Source: Candidatus Electronema halotolerans
GTDB lineage: Bacteria > Desulfobacterota > Desulfobulbia > Desulfobulbales > Desulfobulbaceae
Reading direction: 5' to 3'
Assembly (NCBI GenBank): GCA_942493095.1
Contig: OW818675.1
Coordinates: forward strand, 3,030,001 to 3,062,000
Length of the DNA stretch: 32,000 bases
Shown here: piece by piece, positions 1 to 8,174 of the stretch
How the letters are laid out: each line of letters begins with the position of its first letter
How positions within the stretch are numbered: the stretch's first letter is position 1
The notes under the pieces: model-generated
Told to the model about the DNA's origin: nothing
What the model saw: only the letters and a program-made list of their open reading frames with translations
Database searches by the model: none
Position numbers and translations under genes: made by a program

Positions 1-33
1 GTATTTCTCCCAGAGCAGTTTTCCTGCTGCTGC

Positions 34-1215
34 TCATTCCTGCCAGAACGGCGACATTTCCCGCAATCCTGCAATGATTTCCGGCATTTTCGCCAAGACA
101 AAATCCACTTCCTCCTCAGTGTTGTAAATTGAGAGACTGAAGCGGATCGAACCGTGCGCGGCGGTGAAGGGCACGCCCATTGCCCGAAGGACGTGGGACG
201 GTTCCAGCGAACCGGAGGTGCAGGCCGAGCCGGACGAGGCGCAGATATTATGCCGGTTCATGTGGAGAAGGATGGCCTCGCCTTCGACGTACTCAAAGCT
301 GATGTTGCTGGTGTTGGGCAGCCGCTGCTCGGCGTGGCCGTTGCGCATGGATTTGGGCACCGCCGCCAGCAGACCCTGCTCCAGCTTGTCGCGCAGAGCA
401 CGGACCCGCGTGTTTTCCTCTGCCATCCTCTGCCCGGCAAGCTCACAGGCCTTGCCCAAGCCGACAATTGCCGCCACGTTCTCGGTGCCGCCCCGGCGGC
501 CCTTTTCCTGATGCCCGCCGTGCAAAAATGGAACAAATGGCGTTCCCTTGCGCACATAGAGCGCGCCAATGCCTTTTGGCGCATGGAGCTTGTGGCCGGA
601 CAGGGAGAGAAAATCAATTTGATTGCTCTTCATGTTGATTGGCACCTTGCCCACGGCCTGCACTGCATCTGTGTGGAAAAGGATGCCGCGCTCCTTAGCC
701 ATGACCGCCATCTCCTCCACCGGAAAGATGACCCCGGTCTCGTTGTTGGCCCACATGATTGAAGCGATGGCAGTGTTGTCGGCAAGAGCCTCGTAATAGC
801 TGTCTATATTGAGGGTGCCGTCCTCTGCCACACCAAGGCGGGTTGTGTGATACTGATGACCGGTTAGCTGGCCGAGATTCTCGCAGAGATTTTTGACTGC
901 CGGATGCTCGACTTTGGTGGTCACCAACTGCCGCTTGTCTTGGTAGGATTGAAGGGCGGAGAGAATGGCAGTGGAGTCGCTTTCTGTGCCGCAGCTAGTG
1001 AAAACGATTTCCTCCGGCTCCGCGCCGAGCAGCTCGGCGACGTGGCCGCGAGCCTCAGCCACCACCCGCCCGACTTGGCCGCCAAAACTGTGCATGGACG
1101 AGGGATTGCCGTAGCAGTCGCTGAGAAAGGGCAGCATCGCCTCCAGCACTTCCGGGGCAATCCGGGTGGTGGCGTTGTTGTCCATGTAGATGACCTTGCT
1201 TGCGTCGCAGTCCAT
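34..1215 (-). CDS. nifS: Cysteine desulfurase, NifS/IscS class V aminotransferase
   Basis: 393 aa ORF; MDNNATTRIAPEVLEAMLPF N-terminus, 'SLSGHKLHAPKGIGALYV' PLP-lysine region, 'SSGSACTSGSLEPSHVLRAMG' catalytic Cys region; start overlaps the nifU stop. Confidence 0.95.
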   Translation of the reverse strand: MDCDASKVIYMDNNATTRIAPEVLEAMLPFLSDCYGNPSSMHSFGGQVGRVVAEARGHVAELLGAEPEEIVFTSCGTESDSTAILSALQSYQDKRQLVTTKVEHPAVKNLCENLGQLTGHQYHTTRLGVAEDGTLNIDSYYEALADNTAIASIMWANNETGVIFPVEEMAVMAKERGILFHTDAVQAVGKVPINMKSNQIDFLSLSGHKLHAPKGIGALYVRKGTPFVPFLHGGHQEKGRRGGTENVAAIVGLGKACELAGQRMAEENTRVRALRDKLEQGLLAAVPKSMRNGHAEQRLPNTSNISFEYVEGEAILLHMNRHNICASSGSACTSGSLEPSHVLRAMGVPFTAAHGSIRFSLSIYNTEEEVDFVLAKMPEIIAGLREMSPFWQE

Positions 1216-2051
1216 CAGCGTGCCTCCTCGACAATCAGGGTTTCGGCCACCTGCTCGCGCAGTTTCTTTTCCACGTAATTCTTGAGCGTGGTGAATGAGG
1301 ATTGACAGCGGGCGCAGGCTCCGCGCAGGGAGACCGTGACAATATCGCCTTCAACATCAATCAGCTCAATATCGCCGCCGTCCTTTTTCAGGGTGGGACG
1401 AATCTCCCGTTCGATCACCTCTTCAATTTTTTTGATTTTCTGGAGGGTGGTCATGCGCGGTGTCTTGACTGGGACCGTCTTTGCCCCTGCCAGCTCCTGC
1501 ACGGTCTGCTGGAGCAGTTCGCGCAGCCGGTCTTCGCACTTGCCGCAGCCGCCGCCCGCCTTGGTGTAGTTGGTGATTTCCTCGACCGAGCGCAGGCTTG
1601 ATTCACGGATGGCATGGATGATCTCCAGATCAGTCACGCCAAAGCATTCGCAGACCACATTGCCCTGCGCCATAGGCAGGATCACGCCCCGATAGTTGGC
1701 AATGGCCGCTTCCAAGGCTTCCCGGCCCATGACTGAGCAGTGCATCTTCTCCTTGGGCAGGCCGCCGAGCGCGTCAGCAATGTCCTGATTGGTGATCTTG
1801 GCCGCTTCGTCAATCGACATGCCTTTGATCAGCTCGGTCAGCACCGAGGAGGAGGCAATGGCTGAGGCGCAGCCAAAGGTTTTAAATTTTGCGTCCGTGA
1901 TGATGCCGTCCGCATCCACCTGAATGGTCAGCTTGAGCGCGTCGCCGCAGGCCAAAGAGCCGACCTCGCCAGTGCCGCTCGGCTTGTCCAGCACGCCGAC
2001 ATTTTTCGGATTGATGAAGTGCTCCCGCACCTTGTCTGTATAATCCCACAT
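1215..2051 (-). CDS. nifU: Fe-S cluster assembly scaffold NifU (IscU-like N-terminus, BFD-like [2Fe-2S] middle, Nfu-like C-terminus)
   Basis: 278 aa; 'GEVGSLACGDALKLTIQVD...KFKTFGCASAIASSS', 'VVCECFGVTDLEI...GGGCGKCEDRL', 'DGGDIELIDVEGDIVTVSLRGACARCQSS'. Confidence 0.94.
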   Translation of the reverse strand: MWDYTDKVREHFINPKNVGVLDKPSGTGEVGSLACGDALKLTIQVDADGIITDAKFKTFGCASAIASSSVLTELIKGMSIDEAAKITNQDIADALGGLPKEKMHCSVMGREALEAAIANYRGVILPMAQGNVVCECFGVTDLEIIHAIRESSLRSVEEITNYTKAGGGCGKCEDRLRELLQQTVQELAGAKTVPVKTPRMTTLQKIKKIEEVIEREIRPTLKKDGGDIELIDVEGDIVTVSLRGACARCQSSFTTLKNYVEKKLREQVAETLIVEEAR

Positions 2052-2259
2052 GATATGCTGTTCCTTGCGTTGTCCTTGCAGGCTTGCGCCGCTTTCTGTT
2101 TTTTCAGGCCAGATTACCTCAAAATCAGCGGTCCTGCACGGGTTAAGGTTGACAGGACGGAAAAATTTTTATAAAAGTCCTTACTTGAGGAGTAAAATCG
2201 TCCGGCTTCAGGCTGGTCACACATAACACTGATAACTGCGGGTTCAGGGAGATTGAAAT

Positions 2260-4704
2260 ATGGGACAGGCGCACGATGAAAAACTGATTCTTTGGTTTGA
2301 TGAGATCGGCATTGAGGATGTGCCCCTTGTGGGCGGCAAAAATGCCTCGCTGGGCGAGATGTATCAGCATCTGACCGGCAAGGGCGTGGCTGTCCCGCAT
2401 GGTTTTGCGATCACTGCCTACGCCTACCGCTATCTGCTCAAAGAGGCGGGCGTTGAAGAGGAAATCAGGAAGGTGCTCTCTGATCTGGACACCGAGGACA
2501 TGGCCAACTTGGCCGAGCGCGGCGAGAAATGCCGGAACATCATCCGCAACGCCCCGTTTCCGCCCCTGCTGCGCGACGCGATCATTGAGGCCTACAAGAA
2601 GATGGAGGCTGAATATGGCGAGAACGTGGATGTGGCTGTCCGTTCCTCAGCCACGGCGGAAGACCTGCCTGATGCCTCGTTTGCCGGTCAGCAAGAGACC
2701 TATCTGAACATTCACGGCTACGAGAACATCATTCAGAACTGCCGCAAGTGCTTTGCCTCGCTGTTCACCAATCGGGCGATTTCTTACCGTCAGCATCAGG
2801 GCTATGGCCAGTTTGACGTTTATCTGTCAATCACCATTCAGAAGATGGTGCGCTCTGACTCGGCCTGCTCCGGCGTTATGTTCTCCATTGACACAGAGTC
2901 CGGCTTCAAGGATGCGGTCTTCATCACCGGTGCTTGGGGCTTGGGCGAGAACGTGGTGCAGGGCGCGGTCAACCCGGACGAGTATTACGTCTTCAAGCCG
3001 ACCCTGAAGCAGGGCAAGCGGCCTGTGGTCAGCAAGAAGGTCGGTTCCAAGGCGATCAAGATGATCTATGACAACGACCCTGCCAGCCCGGAGCCGGTCA
3101 GGAACATTGACACCACTGAGGCGGAGCGCAACGCCTATGTAATCAACGATGATGAGATTCTTCAGCTCGGCAGCTGGGCCTGCATCATCGAGGAGCATTA
3201 CAAGAAGGGCATGGACATCGAGTGGGCCAAGGACGGCGACGGCGTGAACGTCGGCACTGGCAAACTGTTCATTGTCCAAGCCCGGCCTGAGACCGTGCAT
3301 TCGCAGGCAAAAAAAGGCATGATCGAGACCTACAAGCTGCTGGAGCACGGCAAGGTGCTGACCGAGGGCTTGGCAGTCGGCAGCAAGATTGGCCAAGGCG
3401 TGGCCCACTGCATTGCGGATGCCAAAGATATTGGCACGTTCCGCAAGGGCGAAGTGTTGGTCACAGACATGACCGATCCTGACTGGGAGCCGATCATGAA
3501 GATTGCTGCCGCCATTGTCACCAACCGGGGCGGTCGCACCTGCCATGCCGCGATCATTTCCCGCGAGCTGGGCATTCCCTGCGTCATCGGCACCGGCGAC
3601 GGCTCGGAGCGGATCGTCACCGGGCAGGAAGTCACAGCCTGCTGCGCTGAGGGCGAGACTGGCTATGTTTATGAAGGTCTGCTCAAATATGAGGTGCAGA
3701 AAACCGATCTCAGCAGCATGCCGCCGACCAAGACCAAGATCATGATGAACTTGGCCATCCCGGAGAAAGCCTTCTCCGAATGCCAGATTCCCAACGACGG
3801 CGTTGGCTTGGCCCGCGAGGAGTTTGTCATCAACTCCCATATTGGCCTGCATCCGCTCGCGTTGTACAACTACGAGGAGCTGAAGGCATCGAGCGACCCG
3901 GAGAAGCAGGAGGTTGTCCGTCTGATTGATGCGAAGACTGGTGCATACACGGACAAGAAGCAGTTCTTTATCGACAAGGTGGCCGAAGGCGTGGGCCGGA
4001 TTGCTGCTGGTTTCTATCCGAAAGATGTCATTGTCCGCCTTTCTGACTTCAAGAGCAATGAGTACGCCAACCTTGCAGGCGGTCATTTCTACGAGCCGGA
4101 AGAGGAAAACCCGATGATCGGCTGGCGCGGCGCGTCCCGCTACTACGATCCCAAGTACCGGCCTGCCTTTGAGCTGGAGTGCCAAGGCCTGCTCAAGGCC
4201 CGTAATGACATGGGCCTGACCAATATCAAGCTGATGGTTCCTTTCTGCCGCACCCCGGAAGAGGGTAAAAAGGTCATTGAGGTCATGCGTGAATGCGGCT
4301 TAGTGCAGGGCGAGAACGGCTTGGAGCTGTACGTGATGTGCGAGATTCCGAGCAACGTCATCTGCGCGGATGCGTTCGCTGACATTTTTGATGGCTTCTC
4401 CATCGGCTCCAACGATTTGACTCAGCTCACTTACGGCCTTGACCGCGACTCCGGCATCCTGACCGGCATTGCGGACGAGCGCCATGAGGCGGTCAAAGAA
4501 ATGATCCGCATGGTGATCAAGACTGCCAAGCGGCGCGGGCGGAAGATCGGCATCTGCGGCCAAGGGCCGTCCGACTTCCCGGACTTTGCCACCTTCTTGG
4601 TTGAAGAGGGCATTGACTCCATGTCCCTGATCCCGGACACGGTCATCAAGACCCGTTTGGCTGTGCATGAGAAGGAAAAGGAGCTGGGCATCGCGCCGGA
4701 GTAA
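2260..4704 (+). CDS. ppsA: Phosphoenolpyruvate synthase, full-length
   Basis: 814 aa; 'VPLVGGKNASLGEMY', 'SATAEDLPDASFAGQQETYLN', 'VTNRGGRTCHAAIISRELGIPCVIGTG' phospho-His region, 'GSNDLTQLTYGLDRD' and C-terminal 'GICGQGPSDFPDFATFLVEEGIDSMSLIPDTV'. Confidence 0.96.
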   Translation: MGQAHDEKLILWFDEIGIEDVPLVGGKNASLGEMYQHLTGKGVAVPHGFAITAYAYRYLLKEAGVEEEIRKVLSDLDTEDMANLAERGEKCRNIIRNAPFPPLLRDAIIEAYKKMEAEYGENVDVAVRSSATAEDLPDASFAGQQETYLNIHGYENIIQNCRKCFASLFTNRAISYRQHQGYGQFDVYLSITIQKMVRSDSACSGVMFSIDTESGFKDAVFITGAWGLGENVVQGAVNPDEYYVFKPTLKQGKRPVVSKKVGSKAIKMIYDNDPASPEPVRNIDTTEAERNAYVINDDEILQLGSWACIIEEHYKKGMDIEWAKDGDGVNVGTGKLFIVQARPETVHSQAKKGMIETYKLLEHGKVLTEGLAVGSKIGQGVAHCIADAKDIGTFRKGEVLVTDMTDPDWEPIMKIAAAIVTNRGGRTCHAAIISRELGIPCVIGTGDGSERIVTGQEVTACCAEGETGYVYEGLLKYEVQKTDLSSMPPTKTKIMMNLAIPEKAFSECQIPNDGVGLAREEFVINSHIGLHPLALYNYEELKASSDPEKQEVVRLIDAKTGAYTDKKQFFIDKVAEGVGRIAAGFYPKDVIVRLSDFKSNEYANLAGGHFYEPEEENPMIGWRGASRYYDPKYRPAFELECQGLLKARNDMGLTNIKLMVPFCRTPEEGKKVIEVMRECGLVQGENGLELYVMCEIPSNVICADAFADIFDGFSIGSNDLTQLTYGLDRDSGILTGIADERHEAVKEMIRMVIKTAKRRGRKIGICGQGPSDFPDFATFLVEEGIDSMSLIPDTVIKTRLAVHEKEKELGIAPE

Positions 4705-4728
4705 ACGGCGGCGGTAGCGAAGGATGAG

Positions 4729-4762
4729 AAAGGGCGGGGTTGTATCTCGCCCTTTTCTGCTT
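4729..4762 (+). terminator. Rho-independent terminator after ppsA
   Basis: AAAGGGCG...CGCCCTTTT stem followed by a T-containing tract; a similar structure follows ppsA fragment 3. Confidence 0.6.
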
Positions 4763-4819
4763 TTCGATGGAACAGAAGGAAATCAAGGTCATTTTTACGA
4801 AAATGCCAACAAAGGTATC

Positions 4820-6205
4820 ATGAAAATAAAAATTAGAAATCTTGGCGCGTTGAAGCAGGCAGAGTTCATGCTTGGAGAGATGACAATTATATGTGGCAGC
4901 AATAATACAGGAAAAACCTATGCCACCTATGCGCTTTATGGTTTTTTATCTACTTGGCATGAAGTGCTGTCTATTAATGTCGAATCAAAAAATGTAAGTG
5001 AATTGATGACTGATGGTGTGACACATATAGATATCAATAATTATATTAATAATGCTGAACATATATTGTCTGACGGGTGTGCAAGATATACAAATTTTTT
5101 GCCAACAATTTTTGCAGCTCCAAAGGACAGATTCAAAGAGAGCTCATTCGCTGTGACTGTTGCCGCAGATCATATAAAACCTTTTGGAAAATATGAGCGG
5201 CGCATGAAGGCAGCAAGCAAAGAACTGTTCTTTATTACAAAGGAGGAGACCAGCTCTGATGTGGTTGTCACTTTGCTTGTGGAGAAAGGCCGGGTTAGAC
5301 TGCCGCAAGACGTGATCAAAAAAGTTATTGGCAACGCACTGAAAGAAATTATTTTTGGGCAGTTGTTTCCAAACCCGTTCATTGCCAGCGCGGAGAGGAC
5401 AGGCGCGGCCATCTTTCGCAAGGAACTGAATTTTGCCCGCAATCGTCTTCTCGAAGAGATGACGAAAACAGATCAATCGGTCAATCCGGTTGATCTCCTT
5501 TTTAAAACATATCAAGATTATGCGCTTCCAGTGAAGGATAACGTTGACTTTACTCGACAAATTGAAACGTTAGCAAAAAAAAGCAGCTTTATTGATGAAC
5601 AACACCCGGATGTGATAATTAATTTTTCTGATATTATCGGCGGCGAATATCGAGTTACAAAGAATGATGAGCTGTATTATATACCAAAAGGTAAAAGAGT
5701 TAAACTAACGATGGATGAAAGCTCAAGTGCAGTACGTTCATTGCTGGATATCGGTTTTTATTTAAAACACATGGCGCGGCCTGGTGATCTGCTGATGGTA
5801 GATGAGCCAGAACTTAATTTGCACCCGGAAAATCAGCGGCGAGTGGCAAGGCTGTTCGCGAGATTAATCAATCTTGGCATTAAAGTTTTTATTACGACCC
5901 ACAGTGACTATATTATCAAAGAACTGAACACGCTGATCATGCTTAATCATGACAAGCAGCATCTAAAAAATATTGCTGACCGGGAAGGATATCGCAAAGA
6001 TGAACTTATTTCTTCCGATCAAGTCAGAGTTTATATTGCTGAAGAATCAATGGTAAAGCTAGATGGAGGGCAGCGTAAAACCCGCTGTCAAACATTAGTA
6101 CCTGCCGATATAGATCCTGAACTTGGCATTCAAGCACGTAGTTTCGATACAACTATTGAATCCATCAATAGAATTCAAGAAGAAATTGTCTGGGGAGAGG
6201 AGTGA
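4820..6205 (+). CDS. AAA ATPase of the ABC/OLD-like (AAA_15/AAA_21) type, without a visible C-terminal TOPRIM domain
   Basis: 461 aa from ATG 4820 (preferred over the track start at 4724, because 'GGTATC ATG AAAATAAAAATTAGAAATCTTGG' begins the typical first strand). Walker A GSNNTGKT, Walker B 'DLLMVDEPELNLHPENQRR', H-loop 'VFITTHSDYIIKELNTLIML'. Confidence 0.85.
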   Translation: MKIKIRNLGALKQAEFMLGEMTIICGSNNTGKTYATYALYGFLSTWHEVLSINVESKNVSELMTDGVTHIDINNYINNAEHILSDGCARYTNFLPTIFAAPKDRFKESSFAVTVAADHIKPFGKYERRMKAASKELFFITKEETSSDVVVTLLVEKGRVRLPQDVIKKVIGNALKEIIFGQLFPNPFIASAERTGAAIFRKELNFARNRLLEEMTKTDQSVNPVDLLFKTYQDYALPVKDNVDFTRQIETLAKKSSFIDEQHPDVIINFSDIIGGEYRVTKNDELYYIPKGKRVKLTMDESSSAVRSLLDIGFYLKHMARPGDLLMVDEPELNLHPENQRRVARLFARLINLGIKVFITTHSDYIIKELNTLIMLNHDKQHLKNIADREGYRKDELISSDQVRVYIAEESMVKLDGGQRKTRCQTLVPADIDPELGIQARSFDTTIESINRIQEEIVWGEE

Positions 6206-6208
6206 AGC

Positions 6209-6766
6209 ATGACAGATATTGAACTCCTTGGTCTGATGGTAAAAGATGAAATAAAAGTGTCTACCGAGGATAGAAATGGAAAGTTGTATGTCACATTAAG
6301 TGACCCACAATCTCCCAAAGGTTTAGTCACCATTGCAGGAGTGCCAGATAACGTCCTTGTCATCAAAGCAGATAACTTTGACTCGCCTGATTCATTTTTT
6401 ACTGGCTCAAGAGGAGAATGTAAACGGGCTGATTTCATTATCGCAGCAGAAACCGCACAGAAAAAAGTTATACTGTGCATTGAGATGAAATATAGGAAAG
6501 GCAAGCCAAATGAAATTGTTCAGCAGTTAAGAGGAACTCGCTGCCTTCTTTCTTATTGTCAGGAAATAGGTAAGGCCTTTTGGGACAAGCAAGATTTCCT
6601 TAAAGGGTATGTTTATCGTTTCGTCAGCATAGGCAATCTCAGCATAGCAAAGCAGAAAACCCGGATAGATCGTCAGTCAGCAATACATGACCGACCAGAA
6701 CGGATGATGAAAATTGATTGGCCAAATAGCCGAATCGAATTTAATAGGTTAGCTGGAAAAAGATGA
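6209..6766 (+). CDS. Small protein with a PD-(D/E)XK nuclease-like motif; predicted partner of the upstream ATPase
   Basis: 185 aa; 'ADFIIAAETAQKKVILCIEMKYRKGKPNEIVQQLRG' gives D75...E92-x-K94 followed by Q105/Q106. Starts 3 nt after the ATPase stop. Confidence 0.6.
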   Translation: MTDIELLGLMVKDEIKVSTEDRNGKLYVTLSDPQSPKGLVTIAGVPDNVLVIKADNFDSPDSFFTGSRGECKRADFIIAAETAQKKVILCIEMKYRKGKPNEIVQQLRGTRCLLSYCQEIGKAFWDKQDFLKGYVYRFVSIGNLSIAKQKTRIDRQSAIHDRPERMMKIDWPNSRIEFNRLAGKR

Positions 6767-6769
6767 TAT

Positions 6770-7123
6770 ATGAAAGCAAACATTGCGAATTCAATAACTA
6801 TCAACAGCAGCTACGCCGAACTGCTGCCTTCTTTTCATGATGACCTTCAGTCTGCAGTTGATGCCGCGCTGCAACGCTATCTGATTGATGAGATTGCCGC
6901 TAAGATTGCTGGCCTGAAGAAGAAAGAAAAGCTGTTCCGGCTCAAATACAGCTGCGATTACAAAACCTTTTCCCAGCGCATAGCTGAGGACGAGGAATAC
7001 ATCAATCAAATTGAGAGCAGTATCAGCAAACTCTGGGAGTCTGATTTAGCTGATTGGGAATTCTGCGAGAAAGGAATAAATGATTGGACGAAAAAGTTGC
7101 AGAATATTTTGCTGCTGTCGTAA
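6770..7123 (+). CDS. Hypothetical 117 aa protein, candidate TumA-like antitoxin
   Basis: Starts 3 nt after the previous stop; 'YKTFSQRIAEDEEYINQIESSISKLWESDLADWEF'; overlaps the downstream DUF6516/TumE-like ORF. Confidence 0.5.
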   Translation: MKANIANSITINSSYAELLPSFHDDLQSAVDAALQRYLIDEIAAKIAGLKKKEKLFRLKYSCDYKTFSQRIAEDEEYINQIESSISKLWESDLADWEFCEKGINDWTKKLQNILLLS

Positions 7124-7479
7124 AAACAGCGGCAGACATCTTTGAGAACTGTGCGCATGAGACAGATTTTACACCGGAACGCGCTATCCTCCATCTTCAT
7201 GGGGAATACGATTCATGCAAGATTCTGATCACCGAGCTGTTCAGCGATAAGGTGCGCAAATACCGGTATTACGTTTTACAAGGAAGTCGGGTGGAGGCAG
7301 GCTTTGACAATGCCCCTGATCCACGGGCTATACGAATGAAATACGGCAAGATCGGCAAAGAACACGCTGGTGAGAATATTCCGCATCTTCATCTGGACGA
7401 CAAGACCAGCATGGTGCTGACTGAGGAGATGATGTTCTCTGATTTTGTTGAGTGGTTGCGGAAAAATCCTATCTTCTAA
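7084..7479 (+). CDS. TumE/DUF6516-like protein (candidate toxin), TTG start
   Basis: 131 aa; 'YRYYVLQGSRVEAGFDNAPDPRAI....HAGENIPHLHLDDK' resembles the DNAP...PHxH(L) pattern of DUF6516/TumE-family proteins. Confidence 0.55.
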   Translation: MDEKVAEYFAAVVKTAADIFENCAHETDFTPERAILHLHGEYDSCKILITELFSDKVRKYRYYVLQGSRVEAGFDNAPDPRAIRMKYGKIGKEHAGENIPHLHLDDKTSMVLTEEMMFSDFVEWLRKNPIF

Positions 7480-7560
7480 CCAAACCATTTCTCTTTTCCA
7501 CTCCGGTCAAGAGGCGTTTTCCATTGGTCAGAAAATAGTTGCGGCCTTCTGCGGTAGGGT

Positions 7561-8174
7561 TTTACGAGCTTTCCGAACGAGGAAAACCCGATGATTGGCT
7601 GGCGGGCGCGGCGCGTCCCGCTACTACGATCCCAAGTACCGGCCTGCCTTTGAGCTGGAGTGCCAAGGCCTGCTCAAGGCCCGTAATGACATGGGCCTGA
7701 CCAATATCAAGCTGATGGTTCCTTTCTGCCGCACCCCGGAAGAGGGCAAAAAGGTCATTGAGGTGATGCGCGAATGCGGCTTGGTCCAGGGCGAGAACGG
7801 TTTGGAGCTGTACGTGATGTGCGAGATTCCGAGCAACGTCATCTGCGCGGATGCGTTCGCTGACATCTTTGATGGCTTCTCCATCGGCTCCAACGATTTG
7901 ACTCAGCTCACTTACGGCTTAGACCGCGACTCCGGCATCCTGACCGGCATTGCGGACGAGCGTCATGAGGCGGTCAAAGAAATGATCCGCATGGTGATCA
8001 AGACTGCCAAGCGGCGCGGGCGCAAGATCGGCATCTGCGGCCAGGGGCCGTCCGATTTCCCGGACTTCGCCACCTTCTTGGTTGAGGAGGGCATTGACTC
8101 CATGTCCCTGATCCCGGACACGGTCATCAAGACCCGTCTTGCAGTGCATGAGAAGGAGAAGGAGCTGGGCATTG
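7561..8174 (+). pseudogene. ppsA 3'-end fragment (partial copy 2), truncated by the IS66 element
   Basis: Aligns with 4080-4693 of intact ppsA at offset +3481 for most of its length; encoded residues from ASRYYDPKYRPAF to KELGI identical to intact PpsA. A ~4-nt insertion near 7603 (ggcgggcgcggcgcg vs ggcgcggcgcg) and a fuzzy 5' boundary at about 7553-7580. Confidence 0.93.

Noticed and set aside
2827-4185. 452 aa minus-strand ORF opposite ppsA
   Set aside because: Lies entirely antisense to an unmistakable full-length ppsA; no recognisable domain; typical GC-rich shadow ORF. The same applies to 4300-4668 and the repeats of it opposite the ppsA fragments.
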